Positions 1-9,855 of a stretch of 64,000 nt of DNA are shown piece by piece. Location of the stretch: positions 112 to 64,111 of the forward strand of contig DJFX01000012.1 of the NCBI GenBank assembly GCA_002432635.1, written 5' to 3'. The notes under the pieces are model-generated. The model saw nothing but the letters and a program-made list of their open reading frames with translations, did not search any database and was not told the DNA's origin. The position numbers and the translations under genes are program-made. How positions within the stretch are numbered: the first letter of the stretch is position 1; every line of letters begins with the position of its first letter. This DNA comes from Halothiobacillaceae bacterium UBA5861 (GTDB taxonomy: Bacteria; Pseudomonadota; Gammaproteobacteria; UBA5861).

Positions 1-977
1 GCACACTCATGAAAAATGTGCTCTATGCACTGGTGCCTGGCGTGCTTATTTCGACAGGGCTATTTGGCTGGGGAGTGCTCATAAATCTGGCCATTGCCTG
101 TGTGACAGCCATCCTTGCAGAAACGGCGGTGATGAAACTCCGACGCCGCCCGGTCGCGCCCGCGCTCTTAGACTACAGCGCATTGGTGACAGCTTGCTTG
201 TTGGCTCTGTCACTCCCCCCCATTGCTCCGTGGTGGATCCCCGTCATTGGGGTTTTATCAGCCATCCTTGTGGCCAAGCATCTTTATGGAGGGTTGGGAC
301 ACAACCCCTTTAACCCGGCCATGGTAGGCTATGTTGTGCTGCTGATTTCCTTCCCTCGGGAGTTAAGCCTATGGCCTGCTCCCAGTGGTATGCTCACGCA
401 CACGCTCAGCGTTACAGAAACCGTCCGGTTTTTATTCACGGGCATACTGCCTGAGGCCGTGCGCCTTGATGGCATCACAATGGCTACAGCATTGGATTAC
501 ACCAAGACTCAATTACGGCTCGGTGATGATCTGGCGGCACTCGCTTCGCATGCCAGTTATGGCTGGCTCGGCGCTCGCGGTTGGGAGTGGGTTTCTCTCG
601 GCTATCTACTGGGGGGGCTCTGGTTACTCTACAAACGCGTAATCAGTTGGCATATTCCGGTTGCTTTTCTCGGCAGTCTGTTACTGATTGCGAGCCTGTT
701 TTCTCTCATTGATAACACCTACTTTGCGCCTCCCCTGTTTCATCTCGCCAGTGGCAGCGTCATTCTGGCTGCTTTTTTTATTGCAACGGACCCTGTAACC
801 GCATCCACCAGCCCGGTCGGCCGATTACTTTATGCCGCGGGTATCGGTGTACTGGTGTATGTCATTCGCACATGGGGAGGCTACCCTGATGGCATTGCCT
901 TTGCCGTGCTGATTATGAATCTGGCCGCGCCCACCATTGATCACTTTTACCAGCCCCGTGCATTCGGTCACAAATGA
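1..977 (+). CDS. rnfD: Rnf electron-transport complex subunit D (RnfD/RsxD). The 5' end is cut by the window edge; about 20 N-terminal residues are missing relative to E. coli RsxD.
   Basis: ORF 9..977 aligns along its whole length to RsxD (LFGWG, PPIAPWW, LYGGLGHNPFNPAM, TDPVTAST, GGYPDGIAFAVL). The frame stays open back to position 3. Confidence 0.9.
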   Translation, partial: TLMKNVLYALVPGVLISTGLFGWGVLINLAIACVTAILAETAVMKLRRRPVAPALLDYSALVTACLLALSLPPIAPWWIPVIGVLSAILVAKHLYGGLGHNPFNPAMVGYVVLLISFPRELSLWPAPSGMLTHTLSVTETVRFLFTGILPEAVRLDGITMATALDYTKTQLRLGDDLAALASHASYGWLGARGWEWVSLGYLLGGLWLLYKRVISWHIPVAFLGSLLLIASLFSLIDNTYFAPPLFHLASGSVILAAFFIATDPVTASTSPVGRLLYAAGIGVLVYVIRTWGGYPDGIAFAVLIMNLAAPTIDHFYQPRAFGHK

Positions 978-1612
978 AGACACCTCTACAACAAGTCCTA
1001 GGCTCTGCACTCATTCTCTGCTTATTTGCAATCATCGGCACAGCGTTGGTTGCCCTGACTCATAAACAAACACGTGACCAAATTAAAGTGAATGAACGCC
1101 AGGAACTACTCGCCAGACTCTCACAAGTTGTCTCTCAAAGCGGGCTGGACAATGACCTTATCACCAGCGCGCTACCCGTTCACTCACCGGAATTACTGGG
1201 TAGCAAAGCACCTGTTCCCGCTTACCGAGCCACCCAGGACGGTCAACCCATTGCCGTTATTCTGACAGCCACCGCCCGCAATGGTTACAACGGAGGGATC
1301 CGGCTCTTGGTCGGTATACAAGCAGACGGCAAAATTTCTGGTGTGCGCGTTATCCAGCATAAAGAAACGCCGGGGCTGGGTGATGCCATCGAGGTCGAAA
1401 AGTCCAACTGGATACTGGGGTTTAATGGCCTGTCTTTATTAAATTTGTCCCCTTCCGACTGGGCGGTCAAAAAAGATGGGGGCGCCTTCGACCAGTTTAC
1501 AGGAGCGACCATTACGCCTCGCGCAGTCGTTGGCGCCGTTTACCGATCGCTGCAATTTTTTGAGAACAATCAAGAGCGGCTTCTGAGTGCAGAAACAGCA
1601 AATGATCAATAG
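974..1612 (+). CDS. rnfG: Rnf complex subunit G (FMN-binding)
   Basis: Its start overlaps the rnfD stop by 4 nt. Size, N-terminal TM helix and position between rnfD and rnfE are typical of RnfG/RsxG. Confidence 0.85.
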   Translation: MKTPLQQVLGSALILCLFAIIGTALVALTHKQTRDQIKVNERQELLARLSQVVSQSGLDNDLITSALPVHSPELLGSKAPVPAYRATQDGQPIAVILTATARNGYNGGIRLLVGIQADGKISGVRVIQHKETPGLGDAIEVEKSNWILGFNGLSLLNLSPSDWAVKKDGGAFDQFTGATITPRAVVGAVYRSLQFFENNQERLLSAETANDQ

Positions 1613-2013
1613 TTTTTTACAAATTTACTCAGCCAGTTTTGCCATTTTTGGTGATCTGTTTTGGGTGCATCAACCAGTTCAATCCCAATCAGATAATCCG
1701 CCCCTTTGTTGGATGGCATTGACCACTTAACAACCCCATGAAGAAAGAACTTGCCATGATGCCCTTCGATATTCACCCACAGGTCCAGTCCACACCCCAT
1801 CATTACTGGGTGGTCAACCCGCAACTGGAGCCCCTTCGGGGAAATATCGATCGTGCTGCTGGCAAACGTCTGACCTCTCAACGAAAGGTCTTCCCGGGAG
1901 TGGGCAATCTGCACGTAAAGACGAGACTGGTTCAGCAAACGTCCATCCGTTCGACGCTCGTCAATGCTTCTTCGCTGTATCAAAGGCCCTGTAGTCTTTA
2001 TACTCGTGGACAT
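1606..2013 (-). CDS. Single-domain PilZ c-di-GMP receptor
   Basis: Has the RRTDGR (RxxxR) motif followed about 35 aa later by DISPKG (DxSxxG). Lies antisense between rnfG and rnfE. Its stop overlaps the rnfG stop by 7 nt. Confidence 0.7.
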   Translation of the reverse strand: MSTSIKTTGPLIQRRSIDERRTDGRLLNQSRLYVQIAHSREDLSLRGQTFASSTIDISPKGLQLRVDHPVMMGCGLDLWVNIEGHHGKFFLHGVVKWSMPSNKGADYLIGIELVDAPKTDHQKWQNWLSKFVKNY

Positions 2014-2106
2014 AACAATCCCTTGCCTGCTTCAAAATGAGCTTAACTTAGAGTTTAGATTTACCCTTATTTTTTGCAATTCTCATATCGAAAGCCAACT
2101 AAAAAA

Positions 2107-2796
2107 ATGAATGCCTACACAAAAATCATAAAAAATGGACTTTGGGATAATAACCCAGGGCTTGTGCAGCTACTTGGTTTATGTCCCTTATTAGCAGTCA
2201 GTGGCACGGTCATCAACGGTTTAGGCATGGGGCTGGCAACATTAGCGACGCTGCTGGTTTCCAACGTGCTGGTCTCCCTCGTCAGAGACTACGTGAAATC
2301 AGATGTCCGGATTCCGGTTTTTGTGCTGATTATTGCCTCCACAGTGACAGCGATTGAGTTACTGATGAATGCCTGGTTTTACGACTTATACAAAGTCCTT
2401 GGTATTTTTGTACCCTTGATTGTCACAAACTGTCTGATCATTGGCCGAGCCGAAGCGTTTGCGGCAAAAAACAAAGTGATGGACGCCGTGATTGATGCAC
2501 TCGCAATGGGCATTGGCTTCACCTTGGTATTAGTTTGTATTGGCGGTATGCGCGAATTGGTCGGAGAAGGCACACTCTTCGCCAATGCCCACCTGATGTT
2601 TGGTGAAACGGCCCGCTCCATGGAGCTTTCTCTCGGCAATCAGTATCAGGGGTTTCTGCTCGCTGTTTTACCGCCAGGCGCCTTTATTTCGCTGGGATTA
2701 CTCATCGCGTTGAAAAATATTATTGACGATCGGATTAAGCGAAAACAAAGCTTGCCTGTCAGCAACGATGCGCTAGCAGCAGGTCCTACATCTTAA
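2107..2796 (+). CDS. rnfE: Rnf complex subunit E (RnfE/RsxE)
   Basis: From [32 protein letters not shown] onward it aligns to E. coli RsxE ([25 protein letters not shown]). The ATG at 2107 is chosen over the 2074 track start by alignment. Confidence 0.9.
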   Translation: MNAYTKIIKNGLWDNNPGLVQLLGLCPLLAVSGTVINGLGMGLATLATLLVSNVLVSLVRDYVKSDVRIPVFVLIIASTVTAIELLMNAWFYDLYKVLGIFVPLIVTNCLIIGRAEAFAAKNKVMDAVIDALAMGIGFTLVLVCIGGMRELVGEGTLFANAHLMFGETARSMELSLGNQYQGFLLAVLPPGAFISLGLLIALKNIIDDRIKRKQSLPVSNDALAAGPTS

Positions 2797-2823
2797 ACAC
2801 TTAAAGCCAAGCTGTAATGTGGC

Positions 2824-3630
2824 TTACAAACCCTCATCAAGCGCCTTTTTGACCTCTTTCCAATAATCGTCTATGGCGTCCAACGGCAGCTCTTCAAGCA
2901 CTTCGCCTTGCTGGTCGATCAATATTTCCATGGCCTGAAAACGTTTAACAAACTTTTTGTTACCGGCTCTCAAAGCCACCTCGGGGTTCACCTTAAGATG
3001 CCGCGCCAAATTGACGACGGCAAACAACAGATCACCCACTTCCTCAGCCACCTGATCGGATGCGCCTAGCTCTTTGGACGCCGCATCACGCACTTCCTCT
3101 AATTCTTCCTGAACTTTATCAAAAACCGGCTCGACCGAGCCCCAGTCAAAACCAACACGAGCCACGCGCTTTTGTATCTTTTCGGCGCTTATTAGCGAAG
3201 GCAATGCCTCGGTAATGCCATCCAGCTGGCTGCTTTTCTGTCCATCAGATTTTCCCCGACGTTCCTCAGCTTTTATCTTCTCCCAAGACTGTGCGATGGA
3301 AGCTTCATCAACACGCGAACGTTTATTTGAAAAAACATGAGGATGTCGCCGCTCCATTTTCTCTGCAATGGTTTCTGCAACATCAAAAAAAGTGAAGTGA
3401 CCGGATTCTTGGGCAATCTGCGCATAAAAGACAATATGGAAAAGTAAATCGCCCAGCTCCTCACGTAAGTCGCCGGTATCGTCCCGCTCGATGGCATCAA
3501 CCACCTCATAGGCTTCTTCGAGGGTATAGGGCGCAAGTGAAGTATAGGTTTGACGAAGATCCCAGGGGCACCCTGCCTCAGGGTCACGCAGCGCGCGCAT
3601 AATACCCAACAAGCGGTTTACGGCATCCAA
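2824..3630 (-). CDS. mazG: Nucleoside triphosphate pyrophosphohydrolase MazG
   Basis: The tandem MazG domains align to E. coli MazG (RLRDPE-GCPWD, EETYEV, ERRHPHVF, GDLLFA-VNLARHL). Confidence 0.9.
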   Translation of the reverse strand: MDAVNRLLGIMRALRDPEAGCPWDLRQTYTSLAPYTLEEAYEVVDAIERDDTGDLREELGDLLFHIVFYAQIAQESGHFTFFDVAETIAEKMERRHPHVFSNKRSRVDEASIAQSWEKIKAEERRGKSDGQKSSQLDGITEALPSLISAEKIQKRVARVGFDWGSVEPVFDKVQEELEEVRDAASKELGASDQVAEEVGDLLFAVVNLARHLKVNPEVALRAGNKKFVKRFQAMEILIDQQGEVLEELPLDAIDDYWKEVKKALDEGL

Positions 3631-3639
3631 ATCAAGGCC

Positions 3640-4242
3640 TTAGAACGTGAGCCTAACACCAACGTGAAAGTTATCTTCCAACTCAAGGTCAGAGATGGTG
3701 GGCGTATCTACCGTGACTTTTCGGTAACCGAAATAAAGAATGGAGGAAGGGACCAATTCAAACTTTACGTCCACAGCATATTCAAGCAATTCTTCTGAAT
3801 CCATAAAGCTTAAAATAAGAGGGGAATAAAACAGTTCTCCGCCAACCGTCATTTTTCGAGCAAAGTAAGGACGGAGATTGATTTCCCCACCAATAGAAAG
3901 ATTAGCCAGGCTATCCTCTACATCAAGCTCACCATAGCTGGCGCGAACACCCAAGCCGAACTGGACGGAGCCTTCTGCTGAAACCGGGCGGCTTTTTACC
4001 ATCACTTCCGCATGAGCGAGGTAGTCATTGTTACTGTTAAAGAATGCACCAAAAGCAATATCAGCACCTTCGATACGCTCTTGCGTGTCGGCATTAGCGG
4101 CTCTTTTTGTGAGCCCAAGTGTTGATGTATGTGTGAGAAACATGACTTCGGCTGTCTCATCACTGATGCTGATATCCAGACCTGTCGCACCTACATGGCT
4201 AACCGCTAAAAAAAGTACAACACTTGTTATCCGCTTAAACAT
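3640..4242 (-). CDS. Small outer-membrane beta-barrel protein, YfaZ-like
   Basis: N-terminal signal peptide MFKRITSVVLFLAVSHVGA, alternating beta-strand pattern, and a C-terminal aromatic residue (..VGVRLTF) typical of OMPs. Confidence 0.5.
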   Translation of the reverse strand: MFKRITSVVLFLAVSHVGATGLDISISDETAEVMFLTHTSTLGLTKRAANADTQERIEGADIAFGAFFNSNNDYLAHAEVMVKSRPVSAEGSVQFGLGVRASYGELDVEDSLANLSIGGEINLRPYFARKMTVGGELFYSPLILSFMDSEELLEYAVDVKFELVPSSILYFGYRKVTVDTPTISDLELEDNFHVGVRLTF

Positions 4243-4386
4243 ATAATTCCTCAAAGATCGATTGGCGATTTTGTAATCGTTTTTCTGACAGGGATCGTAC
4301 TGACTATTATCTAAAAATTCCAATTAATTTAATACATTTCGTACAATGAACGTCCAGTAAACTTCCACTACTCCCGCACAGTCAGA

Positions 4387-5439
4387 ATGCAAAAAAATAC
4401 AAAGACAGATACTCGGCGAACTCAACTCGAACAATGGTTACAGTCGTCGCCAATTCACGCCTTTGCACCAGGCCCGTTCTCTCTTGAGCCCGCTTCGGCC
4501 GATGCCAGCTTTCGCCGATACTTCCGGGTGCATCATCCAAAGGGGACGCTGATTGCTGCGGATGCGCCACCCGACAGGGAAGATAATCCTAGCTTTATCC
4601 GTGTAGCCAAACGATTGCAGGCCGCAGGCGTCCATGTGCCTATCCTCTTCGCACAAGACCTTCAAAAGGGTTTTTTGTTAATGAGCGACCTCGGCAACAC
4701 CACCTATTTGCAGGCACTCAACGAAGCCACTGCTGATCCGTTGTATCACCAGGCTATGGATACTCTTGTAACAATGCAAACGCAAACCCCCAGCCAGGAA
4801 TTACCGCTCTATAGCGGGGAGCTTTTGTACAATGAAATGCACCTCTTCCAAGAGTGGTTTCTTGAAAAGCACCTGAACCTGACCCTCTCGCAACAAGATA
4901 ACGCGACTTTAGTCAAGACATTTGAATTTTTAAAAGAAAGCGCCTTACAACAACCTTGCTTTTTTGTACACCGGGATTATCATTCACGCAATATTATGGT
5001 GATGCCGCACAACAACCCTGGTGTTCTGGATTTTCAAGACGCCGTTCACGGACCAGTCTCCTATGACTTGGCATCCTTACTCAAAGATTGCTATATCAAT
5101 TGGCCAAGAGCGCGTATAACCGACTGGATTACATACTATATTCGACAGCTGGAATCAGCAGGTGGCCCTGCTTTGCAACACAATCAGTTCATAACGTGGT
5201 TTGACCTCATGGCAGCACAACGACATTTAAAAGCCATTGGTATTTTTGCCCGCCTGCACTTACGCGATGGGAAACCGGATTACCTCAACGACATACCGAG
5301 AGTACTTCGTTATCTTTTTGACACCTGCCGCCTTTACAAACCCCTCGAAGACTTTTTAACTCTTCTTAATAAGTACGCGTGTGAGCAGTACGACCCCAGT
5401 GTATTCACGCCAAAACAGAGACAACCGCTCTCAATATGA
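4387..5439 (+). CDS. amgK: Anomeric MurNAc/GlcNAc kinase AmgK (aminoglycoside phosphotransferase fold)
   Basis: APH-like kinase motifs (HRDYHSRN, DFQDA) and translational coupling to a MurU-type nucleotidyltransferase, as at the Pseudomonas amgK-murU locus. Confidence 0.7.
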   Translation: MQKNTKTDTRRTQLEQWLQSSPIHAFAPGPFSLEPASADASFRRYFRVHHPKGTLIAADAPPDREDNPSFIRVAKRLQAAGVHVPILFAQDLQKGFLLMSDLGNTTYLQALNEATADPLYHQAMDTLVTMQTQTPSQELPLYSGELLYNEMHLFQEWFLEKHLNLTLSQQDNATLVKTFEFLKESALQQPCFFVHRDYHSRNIMVMPHNNPGVLDFQDAVHGPVSYDLASLLKDCYINWPRARITDWITYYIRQLESAGGPALQHNQFITWFDLMAAQRHLKAIGIFARLHLRDGKPDYLNDIPRVLRYLFDTCRLYKPLEDFLTLLNKYACEQYDPSVFTPKQRQPLSI

Positions 5440-6134
5440 AAGCCCTGATTTTAGCTGCTGGTCGCGGTACACGTATGGAAGCGCTCACGGATCACTGCCC
5501 GAAACCATTGTTAAAGGTCAACGGGCAGCATTTGATTGAATTCCACCTGCATGCCCTTCAACAAGCAGGCATTCAGGAAGTCATTATTAATACCTCTTAC
5601 CTGGCGGAACAAATCCACCGCACACTCGGCAATGGGGCACGCTATGGCGTCAATATCACCTACAGCAATGAAGGCCCCAACGCATTGGAAACAGCCGGCG
5701 GTATCGTTAATGCGCTTCCGCTACTTGGCTCAGAGCCTTTCATTGTGATTAATGGAGATGTCTGGACTGACTATAACCTGGCTCAGCTCATGACAAAAAA
5801 GACACTCAAGTATGCACTGGCACATCTCGTGCTTGTTAATAATCCAAGTCATAACCTGAAAGGTGATTTCGGTATGGATGCTCAAGGCTATCTGACAGAC
5901 CAGCCCACTCGATACACCTACAGCGGCATTGGCCTCTATTCGCCAGCCCTGTTTGCCAACCAAACGATCCAAAAACGCCCTCTGGCGCCACTGCTCAAAC
6001 AGGTTATTTCCGAGAAAAAAGTTTGTGGTGAATACTACAGCGGCCACTGGCTCGATGTCGGAACACCGGAACGGCTCGAATACTTAAGGGGCTGTTTGAA
6101 CCAAAGCCCCAAAAAAGAACCTAAATTTGTATAA
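5436..6134 (+). CDS. murU: N-acetylmuramate-alpha-1-phosphate uridylyltransferase MurU
   Basis: N-terminal sugar-nucleotidyltransferase motif LILAAGRGTRM and a 4-nt overlap with amgK. Confidence 0.7.
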   Translation: MKALILAAGRGTRMEALTDHCPKPLLKVNGQHLIEFHLHALQQAGIQEVIINTSYLAEQIHRTLGNGARYGVNITYSNEGPNALETAGGIVNALPLLGSEPFIVINGDVWTDYNLAQLMTKKTLKYALAHLVLVNNPSHNLKGDFGMDAQGYLTDQPTRYTYSGIGLYSPALFANQTIQKRPLAPLLKQVISEKKVCGEYYSGHWLDVGTPERLEYLRGCLNQSPKKEPKFV

Positions 6135-6175
6135 CGTAACTTTTGTGTCAACCTCAATAGAGAAGCAAACTTACG

Positions 6176-7159
6176 ATGAATACACAGCCACACTATATGA
6201 TTGATCACTCTGAACCTGACGAACAAAAAACCACAAGCATCCCAGTTAATGGCACCATTCGTTCTCTGGGTGAAAAACAGTGCATCTACTATGAAGGCCA
6301 ATGGGTACGCTACTATGAGCCCATTCCCGATACACTGGCGTCTAAGAAACAACTCATCGACAACCTGAAAAAGCGGCTTTTTCACCACACTGAAAATGGC
6401 ATTAACACGCCGGGCTTTCGTTTGGAAATGGCCAGAGAAGCCTACGAAAAACAAACAGACCCAGCCAAAAAACGCGTGAATGGGGCCATGCTTGCCGGCG
6501 CCTTATTCAACCGGGCCGCCGATATTTTTACCGCATTAGTGGAACTGGAAGAAAAAGGCATTACCATCAGCACCAATGATGAGTTAATGGTCATGTGCGG
6601 TGAATGCTTTGCAGAAGCACTGGAACTCGGCCGCACCGTCAAACACTACAGCGGCGAAGAGGGTATTGACGAACTTTGGGGAGAGCCCTTCAAAGTCTTC
6701 ACCATGTCCATTCCCGATTATTACGCCAGCCGTTATCTGAAAGTTGCCAAAGCACTTAACAACATTGATGAAATTATCGGAATCCTCATTACTGTTTTTG
6801 AGGGCGATACCTCCTTTGAAGGTATCGAAGCGAAGCTGAAACACTTCAAAGGAGCCTCTCACTGTGCGTGTGAGACCATGAAAGTGGATCCGGAGTTCTT
6901 CAATATTTGGCCTTTGTTCGTAACCGCAAGCGAGCAAATTTCGGATTTTCAACCACTGACACCGCCCATGCACGACACGAGTAATTACCGGCGGGTACGC
7001 GCAGGTTGCCATGTACTCGAAAAAGGACGGCAACTGATTGAATACATTTCGAACGCGCGCGTGCCCATGCCCTTAAGTACAAAGAACTTTGCGGAAGATT
7101 GTGACCGTTATAAGCAATGTTGCAAAACAGGCCTGTGGGAAAAGTACTGGCGCCTCTAA
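6176..7159 (+). CDS. Hypothetical Cys-rich protein
   Basis: 327-aa ORF with good coding periodicity. Several Cys pairs (CGEC, HCAC, CDRYKQCC). No family recognised. Confidence 0.5.
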   Translation: MNTQPHYMIDHSEPDEQKTTSIPVNGTIRSLGEKQCIYYEGQWVRYYEPIPDTLASKKQLIDNLKKRLFHHTENGINTPGFRLEMAREAYEKQTDPAKKRVNGAMLAGALFNRAADIFTALVELEEKGITISTNDELMVMCGECFAEALELGRTVKHYSGEEGIDELWGEPFKVFTMSIPDYYASRYLKVAKALNNIDEIIGILITVFEGDTSFEGIEAKLKHFKGASHCACETMKVDPEFFNIWPLFVTASEQISDFQPLTPPMHDTSNYRRVRAGCHVLEKGRQLIEYISNARVPMPLSTKNFAEDCDRYKQCCKTGLWEKYWRL

Positions 7160-7242
7160 TTTTTACAAGCAAACGTTTCTTTCACACACCACGATTGAAA
7201 GAGGGCATGCCAAAATCATGATAGACTGAACACATTGATCCT

Positions 7243-8541
7243 GTGTTCACTCTAAAAACAATGACCGATAACCACCCGCCCTCTCTGGCCACCTATGCAC
7301 GCATCATTATTGTTGCATCGATGGCTGGCATCATCAGCCATTTACTCCGCTCTTCGCTTGGTGTCCTTGGACCTGACCTCATGCAAGAACTTAGCTTCTC
7401 TGCCGAGTGGCTGGGCATTATGACAGGGCTGTTTTTTCTTGTCTTCGCACTCAACCAGATTCCACTGGGTATTTTATTAGACCGCTATGGTCCTCGGCGT
7501 GTTGTCAGCACATTCTTGCTCTTCACCATTGTAGGCTGTGGCCTTTTTGTTGTGGCCAACTCCGTCTGGATGTTGATTGCAGGACGCGTGATGATGGGCT
7601 TAGGGAGCTCGGCGTTAATCATTAGCTCCTTTGTTTTGCTGGCTCGCTGGTTCACACCCGAAAAGTATGCCAATGCCACATCCATTCTCATTGCTCTGGG
7701 TAATGCCGGTGGACTGTTAGCGACAGCACCACTGGCTGCACTGGCTGCCTGGTTAAGTTGGCGGGGTGCATTTGCAGTAGTTGCGGTTTTCTGTGCCATC
7801 GTTGCCGCCCTGGTCTTCTTTTTTATTCAGGACAACCCACCTGGTAAAAAAGTGAAACCGGTACCCAAGCAAAGCTTATCCGAACAGCTCAAAGGCACTT
7901 GGGTGATCATCAAAAATCCAGCGACCAAACACCTTATCGCTATTGCAGCCGTCGCTTACCCGTCTGTGGCTACGATTCTCGCACTGTGGGGAGGGCCTTT
8001 CCTCTTCGATGTCTATGGCCTAGATACCCTTGCACGCGGCAATGTTCTGCTGTGCATGGCCATCGCCGCGATTGTTTCTCCCCTTTTTTATGGCTGGCTC
8101 AACAATATTATTGGCACACGCGCGATTGCTTTTTTGGGGTCCAGCATCACGGTTGCGGTACTGTTAACGCTGGCATTCGCCCCTAAGATGGATCTATTTT
8201 TCATCACAGTCTTAATGACACTGTTAGGCGGCGGTGCAGGATACAATATGCTGGTATTACCCGTTTCCCGATTTTTCTTTCCGGAACACATGACTGGGCG
8301 CGCCGTTACAACGGTGAACATTGCCATCGTGGGTGGCGTTGCCATCATGCAAATGCTGACGGGCTTCATCGTGGGCGCCTTTCCAGAAGTCAATGGTTCA
8401 ACACCGGAAATTGCCTATCGAACAGTCTTCGCTACCTTGGCAATTTTCCTGACTTTGGGCACCTGGTATTTCGCACGACTTGGCCCACTGCCAAACAGCT
8501 ATATCGATCCTGACAACGATCAACAAAATAACAAGTCATAA
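7243..8541 (+). CDS. MFS transporter
   Basis: Twelve predicted TM segments and the MFS signature around DRYGPRRV. Confidence 0.8.
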   Translation: MFTLKTMTDNHPPSLATYARIIIVASMAGIISHLLRSSLGVLGPDLMQELSFSAEWLGIMTGLFFLVFALNQIPLGILLDRYGPRRVVSTFLLFTIVGCGLFVVANSVWMLIAGRVMMGLGSSALIISSFVLLARWFTPEKYANATSILIALGNAGGLLATAPLAALAAWLSWRGAFAVVAVFCAIVAALVFFFIQDNPPGKKVKPVPKQSLSEQLKGTWVIIKNPATKHLIAIAAVAYPSVATILALWGGPFLFDVYGLDTLARGNVLLCMAIAAIVSPLFYGWLNNIIGTRAIAFLGSSITVAVLLTLAFAPKMDLFFITVLMTLLGGGAGYNMLVLPVSRFFFPEHMTGRAVTTVNIAIVGGVAIMQMLTGFIVGAFPEVNGSTPEIAYRTVFATLAIFLTLGTWYFARLGPLPNSYIDPDNDQQNNKS

Positions 8542-9744
8542 CCCCATCACTAACCCCTGCGGATTGGTATAACGGGTTGCATGACGATCGGCGTCTTTAA
8601 TTCCCAGGGCATCTTCGGCTATCAATACGCGCTGCACAGAAGGCGCACCTTCTCCGACGAGAAACACATGTGCATAACTTGACAACCGGGCAATGCGGTA
8701 ATCTTTGGCCAGGGCATACCCCCCGAATAATTCAGACGCAAATCCCGCTGCCTGCTTCAAGGCCAGTGAAGCAGCGTATTTTGCCTGCGCTGACAAGCGA
8801 TTGGCAGGCAGGTCATTATCCATCAGCTGTGCCGTGTGGTACGTCATTAACCGTGCGGACTCAATGTTGACTAATGCATCAGCAATCATCCCCTGTGTAA
8901 ACTGGTAGTTTGCCAGTGGCTTGCCGCGCACCTCGCGTTCTTTTACGTACTGAATAGCCTCATCCAAACACGCTCGGGCAAGCCCGACACTTCGCGCCGC
9001 GACTGAGACCCGACCCGCTTGAATGGCATGCATCGCATAGCGAAAACCCTGGCCTTCCTCACCCAAAAGGTTTTCTTTGGGGACTTCAAAGTCATCGAGA
9101 AAGATCTCACAACTGCGCAAGGACTGCGACAAGCCCACAAACTCTACGGGGCGAGCCTCCCAACCCGGGTACTTTTTGGGCTCTACAATAAAAGCCGAGA
9201 CGCCTTTGGCTCCGGCATTCCTATCGGTTTTCGCAAAGAGAATGCCGGTATCCGTCTGATCTGCCAACGTAATAAACATTTTAGAGCCGTTAAGATAGTA
9301 AGAGCCTCCCCGGCGTTTGGCGGTCGTGCGCATGTTGCCGAGCGCATCCGATCCGCCGCCTGGCTCAGTCAAAGCCCAGCAACCAATGTGCTGGCCGGAC
9401 AATAAATCAGGAATATAGCGTTTGATCTGCGCCTCGCTGCCACCCGCATAAATCGTGTAAGGGCACGTCATCCCTTGTGGGTTGTGGCAGAGTGAGAAGC
9501 CGATATCCAACCGAGCCAACTCTTCTGCCACAACAGCCATAGCGAGAAACCCCATCTGGCTCCCACCCAGCGACTCGGGAAAAACCGGCCCATACAAGCC
9601 CGCCTCTCCGGCCTTCAAAATCAAATCCCGGGGAAACGCGCCTTGCTCTTCATAGCGGGCCATTTCTGGCACAACGGCTGTCTCCATAAAACGGATAACG
9701 CTTTCCCGTAAATGATGAATTTCTTCAGGTAAAAATTGATCCAT
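8536..9744 (-). CDS. Acyl-CoA dehydrogenase
   Basis: ACAD fold motifs ([20 protein letters not shown]-terminal GG..A helix region). Confidence 0.85.
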   Translation of the reverse strand: MDQFLPEEIHHLRESVIRFMETAVVPEMARYEEQGAFPRDLILKAGEAGLYGPVFPESLGGSQMGFLAMAVVAEELARLDIGFSLCHNPQGMTCPYTIYAGGSEAQIKRYIPDLLSGQHIGCWALTEPGGGSDALGNMRTTAKRRGGSYYLNGSKMFITLADQTDTGILFAKTDRNAGAKGVSAFIVEPKKYPGWEARPVEFVGLSQSLRSCEIFLDDFEVPKENLLGEEGQGFRYAMHAIQAGRVSVAARSVGLARACLDEAIQYVKEREVRGKPLANYQFTQGMIADALVNIESARLMTYHTAQLMDNDLPANRLSAQAKYAASLALKQAAGFASELFGGYALAKDYRIARLSSYAHVFLVGEGAPSVQRVLIAEDALGIKDADRHATRYTNPQGLVMGL

Positions 9745-9855
9745 TCCTCTCCCCTCTTACAGTTAATGGACTAATGGTTCTATCAAAAGCATAACCGATT
9801 TAGCTGCCAAGCTGTATGAGTTACACTCTGCCTCTCGTCAACCTAGGGAAATGCC

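Noticed and set aside
385-642. 85-aa ORF inside rnfD in another frame
   Set aside because: It is embedded in a strongly supported rnfD reading frame.
1738-2040. 100-aa plus-strand ORF between rnfG and rnfE
   Set aside because: It lies entirely antisense to the PilZ ORF, which has clear domain motifs. It has no homology signal.
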